A stretch of DNA of 64,000 bases, from the NCBI GenBank assembly GCA_963830815.1, contig CAWHNN010000004.1:34061-98060 (forward strand), given 5' to 3'. Below the pieces are notes generated by a model. It worked only from the letters and a program-made list of their open reading frames with translations. It ran no database searches and was not told the origin of the DNA. Shown here piece by piece: positions 50,106-60,385 of this stretch (position 1 is its first letter; every line of letters begins with the position of its first letter). The DNA is from an uncultured Acidobacteriota bacterium (GTDB lineage: Bacteria > Acidobacteriota > Vicinamibacteria > Vicinamibacterales > 2-12-FULL-66-21). The position numbers and the translations under genes are program-made.

Positions 50106-50140
50106 GGTGCGTCCTCCTGACGTACGAGCGTTGCGTGGGT

Positions 50141-51773
50141 CTACTTGATCTCCGACAGCAGCCGCTTCGCGTCAGCGGAAGCGGGATCGAGCACCAGGGC
50201 GCGCTGCGCCTCGGCACGCGCCTTGGCGGCGTCCCCGGTCTTCAGATACGCCTCAGCAAGATATACGTGCGCTGGCGCGCGATCCTCACTCCAAATCGAG
50301 ATCTTGAAGGCGTCGATGGCGTCGGACGGACGGCCGCCCCGAAGATGGATGCGACCGATCAAGAGATGCGCCTGCGCCTCGTAGGGTGACAGGTAAATGG
50401 CCTTGCGCAGTTCGGCGAGAGCCTCGCGGTCCTGCTCCCGTTCGAACAATCGCCGCCCCTGCTCGAGGTGGAAGACCGCCAGCTCGCGTTGCTCGCGCTG
50501 CGCCGAGTTCACGATCGTCTGATCGGCGCGCGAGCCCCAGGACGCATCGGGGTCGAGCCGCATCCGCTCGAGTCCCGGCGGGACCATCGTGCGATTTTCA
50601 GCGGCGCGGCGATCGAGCTCCTCGTAGCGCGACGACAGCTGCCGCGAGAGATCGCGCTCGCGCGACGCCTCGACGCTGCTTCCCGTGGCGTTGAGCGCGA
50701 CAGCCAGCACATAGTGCGCGTCGACGTCGGCGGGATCGCGGCGCAGAGCCTCGCGCAACCAGAACAGCGCGCCCTGATAGTTGCGGTCGCTCGCGTAGGC
50801 GTAGCCGAGGTTGAACATGTAGTCGGGGTCCGCGTCGGCGTCCGTCGCCTTCGTCAGGTAGTAGGCGGCACTTCCCGTCGTCGGCGTGCTGCCGCGGCGG
50901 AGCACGAGCACTCCGAGATTGTTCAGCACTGCGGCCGTCGCGGCCGGCCCCGCCACCGGCGGATCGGTCAACGGCTTGAGCACGCCCAGGCTCTCGTCAT
51001 AGCGCTTGAGCTCCAGCAGGGAGATCCCGGCGAAGAACTGGGCATTGAAGTGCAGCGGTGACTTCGCCGGGACGGCGCGCACGATCTCGAGCGCGCCGGA
51101 GTGATCGCCCTGCTCGGTCCTGACGTCCCAGAGCGCCAGGCGGGCGCGATCGAACTGCGGAGAATCACGAAGCGCAGCCTCGAGAAACGACGCCTGTGAG
51201 CCTGGATTCTCGGCGAGGAGACCCTTGATGTAGTTTTCGAACGCATCGAGCGGTGGGTGCGGTGCACCAACCGCCGGACGCGCCGGCGAGGCGCCAAGTC
51301 TTCCCGCCAAACGCTCGAAGATGGCAAACAGATCGGTGAGCTCGCCGCGCTCGGTGACCTCGGGCTGCAGACGGCCGGCGTCGAGCCGGATGCTGCGGGC
51401 CGTGACGGCGAGCGATGAGCCTTCGACGCGGTACGAGCCGACGACGACGTCGCCGGCGCCGACGAGCTGTCCAACTTTGATGATGGTGGCGCGGCTCAGC
51501 GTTCCCGATACCGGAAGGTACAGCTGTTCGAAGGCGCGCACGCGCTGCGACCGCACGATCGCACCGGGCGTCGCCGTCCTGAGGTTGTCGGTCAGGAGTA
51601 CGGCGGCTGCCTCGCTGAGCCAGTGAAAGCGCGGCTCGTCCTGGGCGTTCTCGAAAGGAACGACGAGGACGCGCCCCTGGCTCGAATTCGGCGGGGAGAG
51701 GGCTTTGCGCCTCGGCTGTCGCGATCCCGCTGAGGACCACGGCCAGCACAATAGCGGCAACGTTCTTTATCAT
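50141..51773 (-). CDS. Secreted TPR protein with an N-terminal TolB-N/CsgG-like domain (indel in signal region)
   Basis: MIKNVAAIVLAVV signal, VLVVPFEN, multiple TPR-like helical repeats (NNLGV, FNLGY, AHYVLA). Confidence 0.75.
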
Positions 51774-52375
51774 GCTGCCGCAGCCGGTTGACCGGCGCTC
51801 GCGCCGCGAACCTCCACCTTCAACCGGCAGCCCTTGCCTCGGCTGGTCGCGCGGCACTCGTGAACCTGAGCGTCGGCCGAGAGCGAAAAATGATGGAGCA
51901 CGCGCGCGATTGCCGCCGCATAAAACCCGCAGAGCGGCATCGGTGTCGCCTCGCGAGTCTCGCAGAAGAGCGACCCACGAAGATCGACGGCCGCCGTGCC
52001 GCGCTTCAACCTGACCTTCATGCGGGAACCGGGGTAGGTGGAACGCACGAGCGTCCGCGCGGTGCGGAGAGCGCCGCGCGTCCGCAGCGGCGTCGGAAGC
52101 GCTGAAATGACCCGCCGCTCGATGCTGGACATGCTGCTGACCGTCCAATCCGCCGCGTACTCGCCTGCACATGTCATGGTTCGATTGTACGCCTCGCCCT
52201 CGAGGCGGAGAAAGCTGAGCACGGCCGAGAGCGGCGCGAGGCCGATCGTGCCCTCGCGGAGGCCCGGCACCGTGAGCCAGTTCTCGTAGAACTCCAGCCG
52301 GTCTGGCAATACATCGGCTATCGCCTGATGCAGGCTCGCGACGAGCACACGACCGATTCTCGCGTCGTCACTCAT
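51770..52375 (-). CDS. Stand-alone V4R-like protein
   Basis: GSLFCE, PLCGFY, ECRA..GKGC Cys pattern typical of V4R/4VR domains. Confidence 0.6.
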   Translation of the reverse strand: MSDDARIGRVLVASLHQAIADVLPDRLEFYENWLTVPGLREGTIGLAPLSAVLSFLRLEGEAYNRTMTCAGEYAADWTVSSMSSIERRVISALPTPLRTRGALRTARTLVRSTYPGSRMKVRLKRGTAAVDLRGSLFCETREATPMPLCGFYAAAIARVLHHFSLSADAQVHECRATSRGKGCRLKVEVRGASAGQPAAAA

Positions 52376-52410
52376 GGCCGGTCGACTCTGCTATCGTGGG
52401 CGGAAAGGTG

Positions 52411-53049
52411 ATGCCAAACCGGAGTCCTCTCGCGGCGGCCATTCTGACCGGCGGCCGAGCCTCGCGGATGGGCGGCCAGCGCAAGTCTCTGCTGAGGGTT
52501 GGCGGCTCGTCGATCATCGACCGTCAGCTGGCCGCGCTGCGACAGGTTGCGGACCCGATTTTTCAGGTCACCTCGCCGAATCGGCCTGCTGATGTCGGGT
52601 TGTCGTTTGTTATCGACGAGTTTCCCGACTGCGGCGCGCTCGGCGGTATCTACACGGCCATCGTGCGCTCGCCGCATGAACGCACGCTGGTCGTGGCGTG
52701 CGACATGCCGTTCCTGGACGCGCGGTTGCTCGAACATATGGCGGCGCTCGAGGCGGATCTCGTCATTCCGCGGAGTACGCGCGGCTACGAGCCGCTCTGC
52801 GCGATCTACAGCCGTGCCTGCGCGGCGCCGATTCGCGAACGACTGATTCGGGGCGAACTGAAAGCCGCGCGGCTTCCTGAGGGAGTGAAGGTCGCGGAGG
52901 TGAGCGCCGAAACCCTGGCGGCGTACGATCCCGACGGTCTGCTGTTGCTGAACGTCAACACACCGCATGATTACGAACGCGCCAAACAAGTGTTGGAAGG
53001 GCGATCGAAAACGTCCCGTGATCGTATCATGGATGAACTTGGTCCATGA
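52411..53049 (+). CDS. mobA: Molybdenum cofactor guanylyltransferase
   Basis: ILTGGRASRMGG..K, GALGGI, VACDMPF, EPLCAIY, NVNTP. Confidence 0.9.
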   Translation: MPNRSPLAAAILTGGRASRMGGQRKSLLRVGGSSIIDRQLAALRQVADPIFQVTSPNRPADVGLSFVIDEFPDCGALGGIYTAIVRSPHERTLVVACDMPFLDARLLEHMAALEADLVIPRSTRGYEPLCAIYSRACAAPIRERLIRGELKAARLPEGVKVAEVSAETLAAYDPDGLLLLNVNTPHDYERAKQVLEGRSKTSRDRIMDELGP

Positions 53050-55122
53050 TTCTACCGATCCAGCACGCCGTTCGACGACATATGGCAGACGCCGTCCGGC
53101 GTCTCTACGACATTCCCGCAGACGATCCGGTCCTTGCCGCGATTCCGGTCGAAGTTCCGCCGCGCCGCGCGCTCGGTGATCTGTCCGTCCCGCTCGCCTT
53201 CGAGCTGGCGCGCCGGCTGCGCAAGGCGCCGCGCGTCATCGCGCAGGAGGTCGTCGGCGCGCTCGGTGCCGTCGATGGCTTCACGCGCATCGAAGCGGCA
53301 CCGAACGGCTACGTCAACTTCTTTCTGGATCGCCCGGCGCAATTCGCCCGCTGGCTGACGCCTGGTTCGTCGCCGGATCCCTGGGGCACGACGGCTGCGG
53401 GAGCCACGGCAAGACCATCGTCGAGCACACCGCCATCAATCCGAACAAGGCGGCCCACATCGGGCACTTGCGCAACGCCGCGCTCGGCGACGCGTTCGGC
53501 CGTCTGCTGCGATTCCTCGGCCGCGAGGTCGAAATTCAGAACTACATCGACGATACCGGCGTGCAGGTCGCCGACGTCGCGGTCGGCTTCCGGGAGCTCG
53601 AGGGCAAGGGGCTGGCGGAAGTGCGAGCGATCGCGGACACGACGCGGTTCGACTACTACTGCTGGGACCTCTACGCCCGCGTAACGGAGTGGTACCAGGA
53701 GGACAAAAGCCGCCTCAAGATTCGCTCCGCGGCGCTGCACCAGATCGAGCACGGGGGCAACGAGACGGCAGACCTCGCCGCCTTCATCGCCGACCGGATC
53801 GTCCGCTGCCACCTCGAAACGATGCGCCGGCTCAACATCGACTACGACCTGCTGACATGGGAGGGCGACATCCTGCGGCTGCACTTCTGGTCGCACGCCT
53901 TCGAATTCCTGAAGAAGACGGGCTCGGTGTTCCTGCAGACCGAAGGCAAGCTGAAGGGCTGCTGGGTCATGCGGATCGAAGACGACGCGGCCGAGAGCCC
54001 GGCTGAAGCGTCCGGCCTCAGCCAGACCGGGGAGCCCGGCACCACACCGCCGAAGGCGACGGCGACAACGAGGCCGAAGAACCGCGCGAGAAAGTCATCG
54101 TCCGTTCCGACGGCACCGTGACCTACGTCGGCAAGGACATGGCCTATCAGTTATGGAAGTTCGGGCTGCTCGGCAAGGACTTCCAGTATCGCGTCTTCGC
54201 CGATCGTCAGGGCGAAGGCCCGCTGTGGTCGACGACATCGACGGATCGGCACTGCTGGCGAGCGGCCGTCGTTCGGCGGCGCGTCGTGGGTGTGCAACGT
54301 CATCGACACGCGGCAGTCCTACCTGCAGAAGCTCCTCAAGCAGGCGCTCGCTGCGCTCGGTTACGAGAAGCAGGCGCGACACTCGGTCCACTACGCTTAC
54401 GAGATGGTCGCGCTGTCGCACGCCACGGCGCGCGAGCTCGGCTACGAAATCGACGCCGACTCGGATCGGCCGTTCGTCGAAGTGTCAGGACGCAAGGGCC
54501 TCGGCGTCAAGGCCGACGACCTGATCGATCGGCTTGACCGATAAAGCTGCCGCCGAAGTCTCCAAGCGCAATCCCGAGCTGCCCGCCGACCAGATCCGGC
54601 AGATCGCCGAAGCGATCGCGATCGCCGCCGTTCGCTACTTCATGGTGAAGTTCTCGCGCGGCAAGGTCATCATCTTCGACATCGACGAAGCATTGAGCTT
54701 CGAAGGCGAGAGCGGACCGTACCTGCAGTACGCGGTCGTCCGCGCCAACAACATTTTCAACAAGCTCAAGGAGCGCGACGGCATCGACGAGGCCACGTGT
54801 CGTTTCCGCGGTCGCCACCGCACCGCCAGCGCTCCTCACGGCCGACAGCGAAGAAGCGCTCGATCTGTGGGGGCTCGTCCTCGAGGCGGCGCGGCTCGAC
54901 GAGGTCGTCGAGCAGGCGATCCGCACGCTGGAGCTGTCGGTCGTCGCGAAGTACGCGTTCGGCCTGGCGCAGGCGTTCAACGCGTTCTACCACCGCTACT
55001 CGATCATCAACGAGGAACGCGCCGACGCCAGAGTGTGGCGTGCCGCGGCTGTCGCGTACTACCGGGCGCAGCTGACCAGGGCCCTCGAGCTCATGGGCGC
55101 CACAGTCCCGGGCAAGATGTAA
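53046..55122 (+). CDS. argS: Arginine--tRNA ligase (several indels)
   Basis: [61 protein letters not shown] at 55120. Confidence 0.93.
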
Positions 55123-55153
55123 GCGGACGGCACGCAGCGGGAAGCAGAAACGT

Positions 55154-55869
55154 ATGAAGCCCACAATTGGCGTGACGCGCTGCAGCCGCCTGGACGACTA
55201 TCTTGCGTCGGTCGAGCAGGCCGGCGGACGGCCGCGCGTGCTCGAGGTCAGCGAGAGTCCGCGCAAGGTACTCGACGAAATCGACGGCCTGCTGCTGACT
55301 GGCGGCGGCGACGTCGATCCCGTGCTCTACGGCGAGGATCGGCATCCGACGATCGACGATGCCGAACCCGGGCGCGACGAGTTCGAGATCGATCTGGCGC
55401 GGCGGGCGATGGACGAGCGACATGCCGCTGCTCGCGATCTGCCGCGGCGCCCAGGTTCTCAACGTCGCCGCCGGCGGCACGCTCGTCCAGGACATCCCGT
55501 CGCTCGTGACGTCGGACCTCTCGCACAGCATCACCGAGCCGAAGAGCGCCGACGCGCATGCCGTCAGCGTCGCGCCGGGGTCGCGGCTCGAACAGGCGCT
55601 CGGCAGCGCGTCGACGCGTCGCACACGTGCCGGGTCAACAGCCGGCATCATCAGTCCGTAGGCCGTCTCGGCGCGGGTCTCATCCCCTCGGCCACCGCGC
55701 CCGACGGCATCGTCGAGGCCATCGAAAGCGCGCCGCCGGACGGCGTTCTGCCTCGGCGTGCAGTGGCACCCGGAGAACTTCTGGCGCACCGGCGAATTCT
55801 CGCCGCTGTTCGAATCGTTCGTCGCCGCCGCCCGCGCCGCCCGTCGCGTCCGCCTTCAGCGGATCGTGA
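55154..55869 (+). CDS. Peptidase C26 / PuuD-like glutamine amidotransferase (indels; end approximate)
   Basis: GLLLTGGGDVDP, AICRGAQVLNVA.GGTL.QD, VNSRHHQ, GVQWHPE. Confidence 0.85.
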
Positions 55870-55888
55870 GGGCCGACTCAGTCGGACC

Positions 55889-57197
55889 TCACTGGTCCGT
55901 AGCCGACTCTACGTACCACGACGTCAAACACCCAAGCGACTCGACGTGCGGCGTGTTGGGAAAGAGATCGAACCCGCGCAGCGACTCCAGGGCATAGCCG
56001 CCGTCGAGCAACCGTCTCGCATCCCGCGCCATCGTCGCGGGATCGCAGGAGACGTAGACGATCCTCGCGGGACCATCCGCACCACTGACGTCATCGCTTC
56101 GGGCGAGATGCCCGTCCGCGGCGGATCGACGATCAGGGTATCCGGGCGGGATGCTGCCGCAGGAACGCCTCGACGCTGCCCAATTTCACGGTCAGGCCGG
56201 AGCCTCGGCCGAAGGCGCCGGCGTTGTGCTGGAGGTCCGCCCCGCTCGACGGATCCCCCTCTACCGCCGATCACGTCTCTCCCCGGCGCGCCGAGCGCCA
56301 CCGCGAACAGCCCGACGCCAGCGTAGAGATCGAGTATGCTGCCCTCGGGCCGGCACCGAATCGATCACGGCGGCCACGAGGTCCGGCACGAGAAGCGGTT
56401 GGCCTGAAAGAACGACTCGGGATGCCGCCGCAAATCGCCGCCTGCGACGCGGCCGCGCGTCAGGTCGTTCAAGCGGATCCGACACATAGGGTCGCCAGCG
56501 TCGCCGATCTCTTCGCCTGATTGCGGACCGTGCAGCCGCGCAACCCTCCCGGCGCCGACCACGCGTTCGAGCGCGCCGCGGCTGCCCGCCTCGACCGCCA
56601 TCAATAGTCGATGGCGAGCGCGCGCTCGACTGGCGGCGACGTTCTCGGTGAGCTCGACCGACAGGACGTTGTAGCCATCGTGGTGCAGCGCTGTCGACAG
56701 CGGCGTTGACCGACGTCCAGCGCGCCGTCCCGTGAGCTGGCCGGTCACCTGCGGCTCGCACAAGGTGTGCGTGCCCTCGCGATAGAAGCCGACGCGGCCG
56801 TCCGTCGACGTGAAAGCGCGCGCGCATCCGGTAGCCCTGCTCGGGAGACGCCGCGACAGCGATCGGCTGCTCGAGCGCGATGCGGCCGATGCGGAGGAAC
56901 GCGTCGCGAACGATGTCGGCCTTGAGCGCCAGCTGCCGCGGATAGGCGATGTGTGAGTACACGCAGCCGCCGCACGTGGCGTCGCTGAATCCATCGCGGC
57001 GATCCGGCGAGGCCTCGATCACGCGGTCACCGAGGCGAAAGCGAGCGGCGCTCGGCGCGCTCGACGCGGGCGGCGACCCGCTCGCCGGGCACGGCGCCGG
57101 CGACCAGGACGACTTGCCCGTCATGCCGCGCGATCATGCGGCCGCCGGCCGCCGGCTTCTCGACGGTGAGCTCGATTTCCTGGCCGCGCTTCAGCAT
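55889..57197 (-). CDS. rlmD: 23S rRNA m5U methyltransferase RlmD/TrmA family (many indels)
   Basis: TRAM N-terminus, [42 protein letters not shown]. Confidence 0.82.
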
Positions 57198-57200
57198 GAT

Positions 57201-57890
57201 TCAGTCATAACGAAGAGTCGGCAGCCCGAGCGTCTCGCGCACGAGGCGCTCGAAGACCGCCTCGGCTGCCCGCGCGCGTGCGTTCAGGCGCCAGCCGGGC
57301 GCCGACGCCGCCAGCTCGTCCTCCGCCTCGCGGCGCGCCGAGGCCAGGGCGTTGGAGTCGAGCTCCCCGGCTGCGACCTGCATCAGCTCGCGATCGAGCA
57401 CGGCGAGGCGATCGAGATGGCTGTCCGCGCGTCCCCGCGCGCCTTCTTCGCTTCGCCTGCCAGCCGATCGAGCTCGGCGAGCAGCGATCCACGTGCTGCT
57501 CGAAGCCTGGCGGACGCTGCGCGCCGCTGGCCATCAGCCGCGCGACGACGCGCTCGAGATGCGACGGCGAGGCTTGCGCTTCGCCGTTGCCGGCGGCGCT
57601 TCGCCGGCGCCCTGATCACGACGCCGACCGGCGCGCCGCCAGTCGTCGAAGATGTCGAGGACGTCGGCCTCGCAGAACTCGATCCGCACCGGCCGCCGGC
57701 GCCGCCGCGTCGCCTGCAGGCGCTCGCAGTAGCGGTCGATGCCGCGGTAGGCGACCTTCAACGGCACGCCCTGCTTCGCCCAGCCGCAGACCTGCTCGAA
57801 CGCCGGACCGACGATGCGCACGAGGTGGCCGCCGTTCTTCTGACAGAGATAGGTTTCGAGCTGGCGGCAGTAGTCGGAAAGATCCGTCAT
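57201..57890 (-). CDS. Hypothetical protein, possibly DnaD-like N-terminal domain (indels)
   Basis: YCRQLETYLCQKNGGHL..AFEQVCGWAKQGVPLKVAYRGIDRY; helical C-terminus ending LGLPTLRYD. Confidence 0.6.
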
Positions 57891-57892
57891 CG

Positions 57893-58698
57893 TCACGTGC
57901 GCGGCAGAAGTCTTGGCGGCCCGTTCCCAGATCAGGCGCAGCCCCTGCAGCGTCAGATCCGGCTCGACGCGCTGAATCGTGGCGGTTTCGTTCGCGAGAA
58001 CGCTGGCCATGCCGCCGGTGGCGATGCAGACCGCGCGGTCGCCGTCGGGCAGCTCGGCGCGGATGCGCTGGACGATGCCGTCGACCATCGAGACGTAGCC
58101 GAAGAACAGCCCCGCCTGCATCGACGTCACGGTGGTCTGGCCGATGATCGACGGCGGCTTGCGGACGTCGACGCGCGGCAGCCGCGCGGCGCGCTGGAAG
58201 AGCGCGTCGGCCGAGATGCCGATGCCGGGGCAGATGACGCCGCCGACGTACTCGCCGGCGGCGGAAATGACGTCGAACGTCGTCGCCGTGCCGAAGTCGA
58301 CGGCGATCACCGGGACCTGCGTCGCCCGGCCGAACATCTCGTACGCCGCGACGGCGTTGACAACGCGGTCGGCGCCGACGTCGGACGGCGGCGTATAGAG
58401 CATCGGCATCCCGGTGTTGGTCGCACGGGTCGACGGTCAGCGGCATGTTCCCGAAGTAGCGCTCGGCCATCTCCTCCATCGTTCCGGTCAGCGGCGGCAC
58501 GACCGACGAGATGATGATGCCGTCGACGCGCGACTTGTCGACGCCGCGCTCGCTCGAACAGGTGCGTGACGAGGATGCCGATCTCGTCGGCCGTCCGTTC
58601 GCGCAGCGTCTGCAGCCGCCAGCTTTGGGTCAGCCGGTCGCCGTCTAGAACACGCCGAGCACGATGTTGGTGTTGCCGACGTCGATCGCGAGCAGCAT
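57893..58698 (-). CDS. coaX: Type III pantothenate kinase (indels)
   Basis: MLLAIDVGNTNIV, SSVVP, VGADR, VDFGTATT, GGVICPG, IATGG. Confidence 0.92.
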
Positions 58699-58700
58699 CG

Positions 58701-59526
58701 TCAGCTCATGCTTCCAGACCACCTCACCGGCGATCACCCGTTCGATCCTGGCCGCCGACGCGGACCAGCAGCGCGCCGTCGTCGGCGATGCCGGCCGCCA
58801 CGCCGCGATCCGCCCGCGCGGCGGAGTCGCATTCGACCGCCGTCGCCGACGCACGGACGGCGCCAGCGCGCGCCAGCGCGCCAGCAGCGGCGCCGATCGC
58901 CGCGCCTCGAGCGACGCGAGCTCGGCGGCGAGCTCGGCCAGCGACCTCGCGCCAGGACGGCACGCAGGTCGACGGCGCGGCCCAGCTCGGTTTCGAGCGA
59001 CGACGCCCGGTCCGCCAGTTCCGGCGGGTAGGCCGCCGGCTGAATGTTGATGCCGAACCCGAGCACGACGTAATGCAGCTCCCTCCGCCGACGAGGAGGC
59101 CTCGGCGAGGATGCCGGCGATCTTGCGACGCCGCGCGGCCCGGTCGACGCCGGCGTGACGACGTCGTTCGGCCACTTGATCTCGAGCGGCAGCCCGGTCG
59201 CGTGACGCGAATGCCGTCGGCGACGGCCACGCCGCCAGCGAGCGTCAGAAACGGCGCCGCCGCGGCCGAGCGGAACACGAGCGACACGTAGAGCCCGGCG
59301 CCCGGCGGCGAATACCAGGAGCGTCCGAGACGGCCGCGGCCGGCGGTCTGCGCCGCCGCGACGACCATGGTGCCCTTCCGCGCGCGCCACGCTGGCATAG
59401 GCGGCCGCGAATCGTTGGTCGACGTGGTTTCGCGGAAAGTAGTGCACGGGATCGCCGAGATGGCCGCGGCGATCGCCGGGTCGCTCGCAGCGCTGCGGCG
59501 AGATCCGGCGGCAGCGGGTCAGGCAT
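58701..59526 (-). CDS. birA: Biotin--protein ligase (many indels)
   Basis: STN, QTAGRGRLGRSW, IKWPND, KIAGIL, GFGIN; no N-terminal HTH evident. Confidence 0.85.
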
Positions 59527-60385
59527 CCGGCTCGATCTCGAAGCTGAGATCGGCGGCCGGCGCCGAGTGCGTCAGCGCGCCGATCGAGACGTAGTCGGCG
59601 CCCGTCCGGGCGAGCTCCGGCATGCGCTCGAGCGTCACGCCGCCGGAGATCTCGATCTTGGCGCGGCCCGCGATGCGCGCCACGGCCTGGCGGGTGTCCT
59701 CGAGCGACAGGTTGTCGAGCAGGATGACGTCGGCGCCGGCCTCGATCGCCGCGTCGACGTCGTTCGAGGCTCTGCGCTTCGACCTCGATCGGCATCTCCT
59801 GCCGCGCGGCCTTCATCCGGCTCACGCGCCTCCGCCGACGCCGCCGGCGAGGCGGACGTGGTTGTCCTTGATGAGGATGCCGTCGTCGAGGCCGCCGCGA
59901 TGGTTGCTGCCGCCGCCGGCGCGGACCGCGTACTTCTCGAGCGCGCGCAGCGTCGGCGTCGTCTTGCGGGTATCGAGGACGGTGATCTGCCCGCCGGCGG
60001 CGTCGACGTAGCGGCGGGTCAGCGTCGCGATGCCGGACAGGCGCTGCAGGAAGTTGAGCGCGGTGCGCTCGGCCGTCAGCATCAGCGCCGCCGAGCCGCG
60101 GATGCTCGGCGGCGATGGTGCCCGGCTCGACAGCGGTCGCCGTCGCGATTCTTGAGCGGTAATCTGCACCGCCGGATCGAGCTGGCGAAACGTTTCCGCC
60201 GCGACGTCGAGCCCGGCGAGCACGCACGGCGACTTGACGACGAACGTCGCCGCGGCCGCGGACGCGGCGGGGTCAACCGTGGCCTCGGTCGTGACGTCGC
60301 CCCAGCCGAGATCTTCGGCGAGGGCGCGACGCACGATGCCCCGATAGACCGACGGATCGAGCGGTTCGAACGGGATGCTCTTCAT
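59519..60385 (-). CDS. nadC: Nicotinate-nucleotide pyrophosphorylase (indels)
   Basis: ALAEDLGWGDVT, ERTALNFLQRLSGIAT, DTRKTTP, LIKDNH, LLDN, SGG, GALTHSA. Confidence 0.93.

Noticed and set aside
57534..58409. Apparent CoaX-hypothetical fusion ORF
   Set aside because: It lies in an indel-dense region, and a TGA at 57893-57895 in another frame sits just before the ATG at 57890, consistent with two coupled genes.
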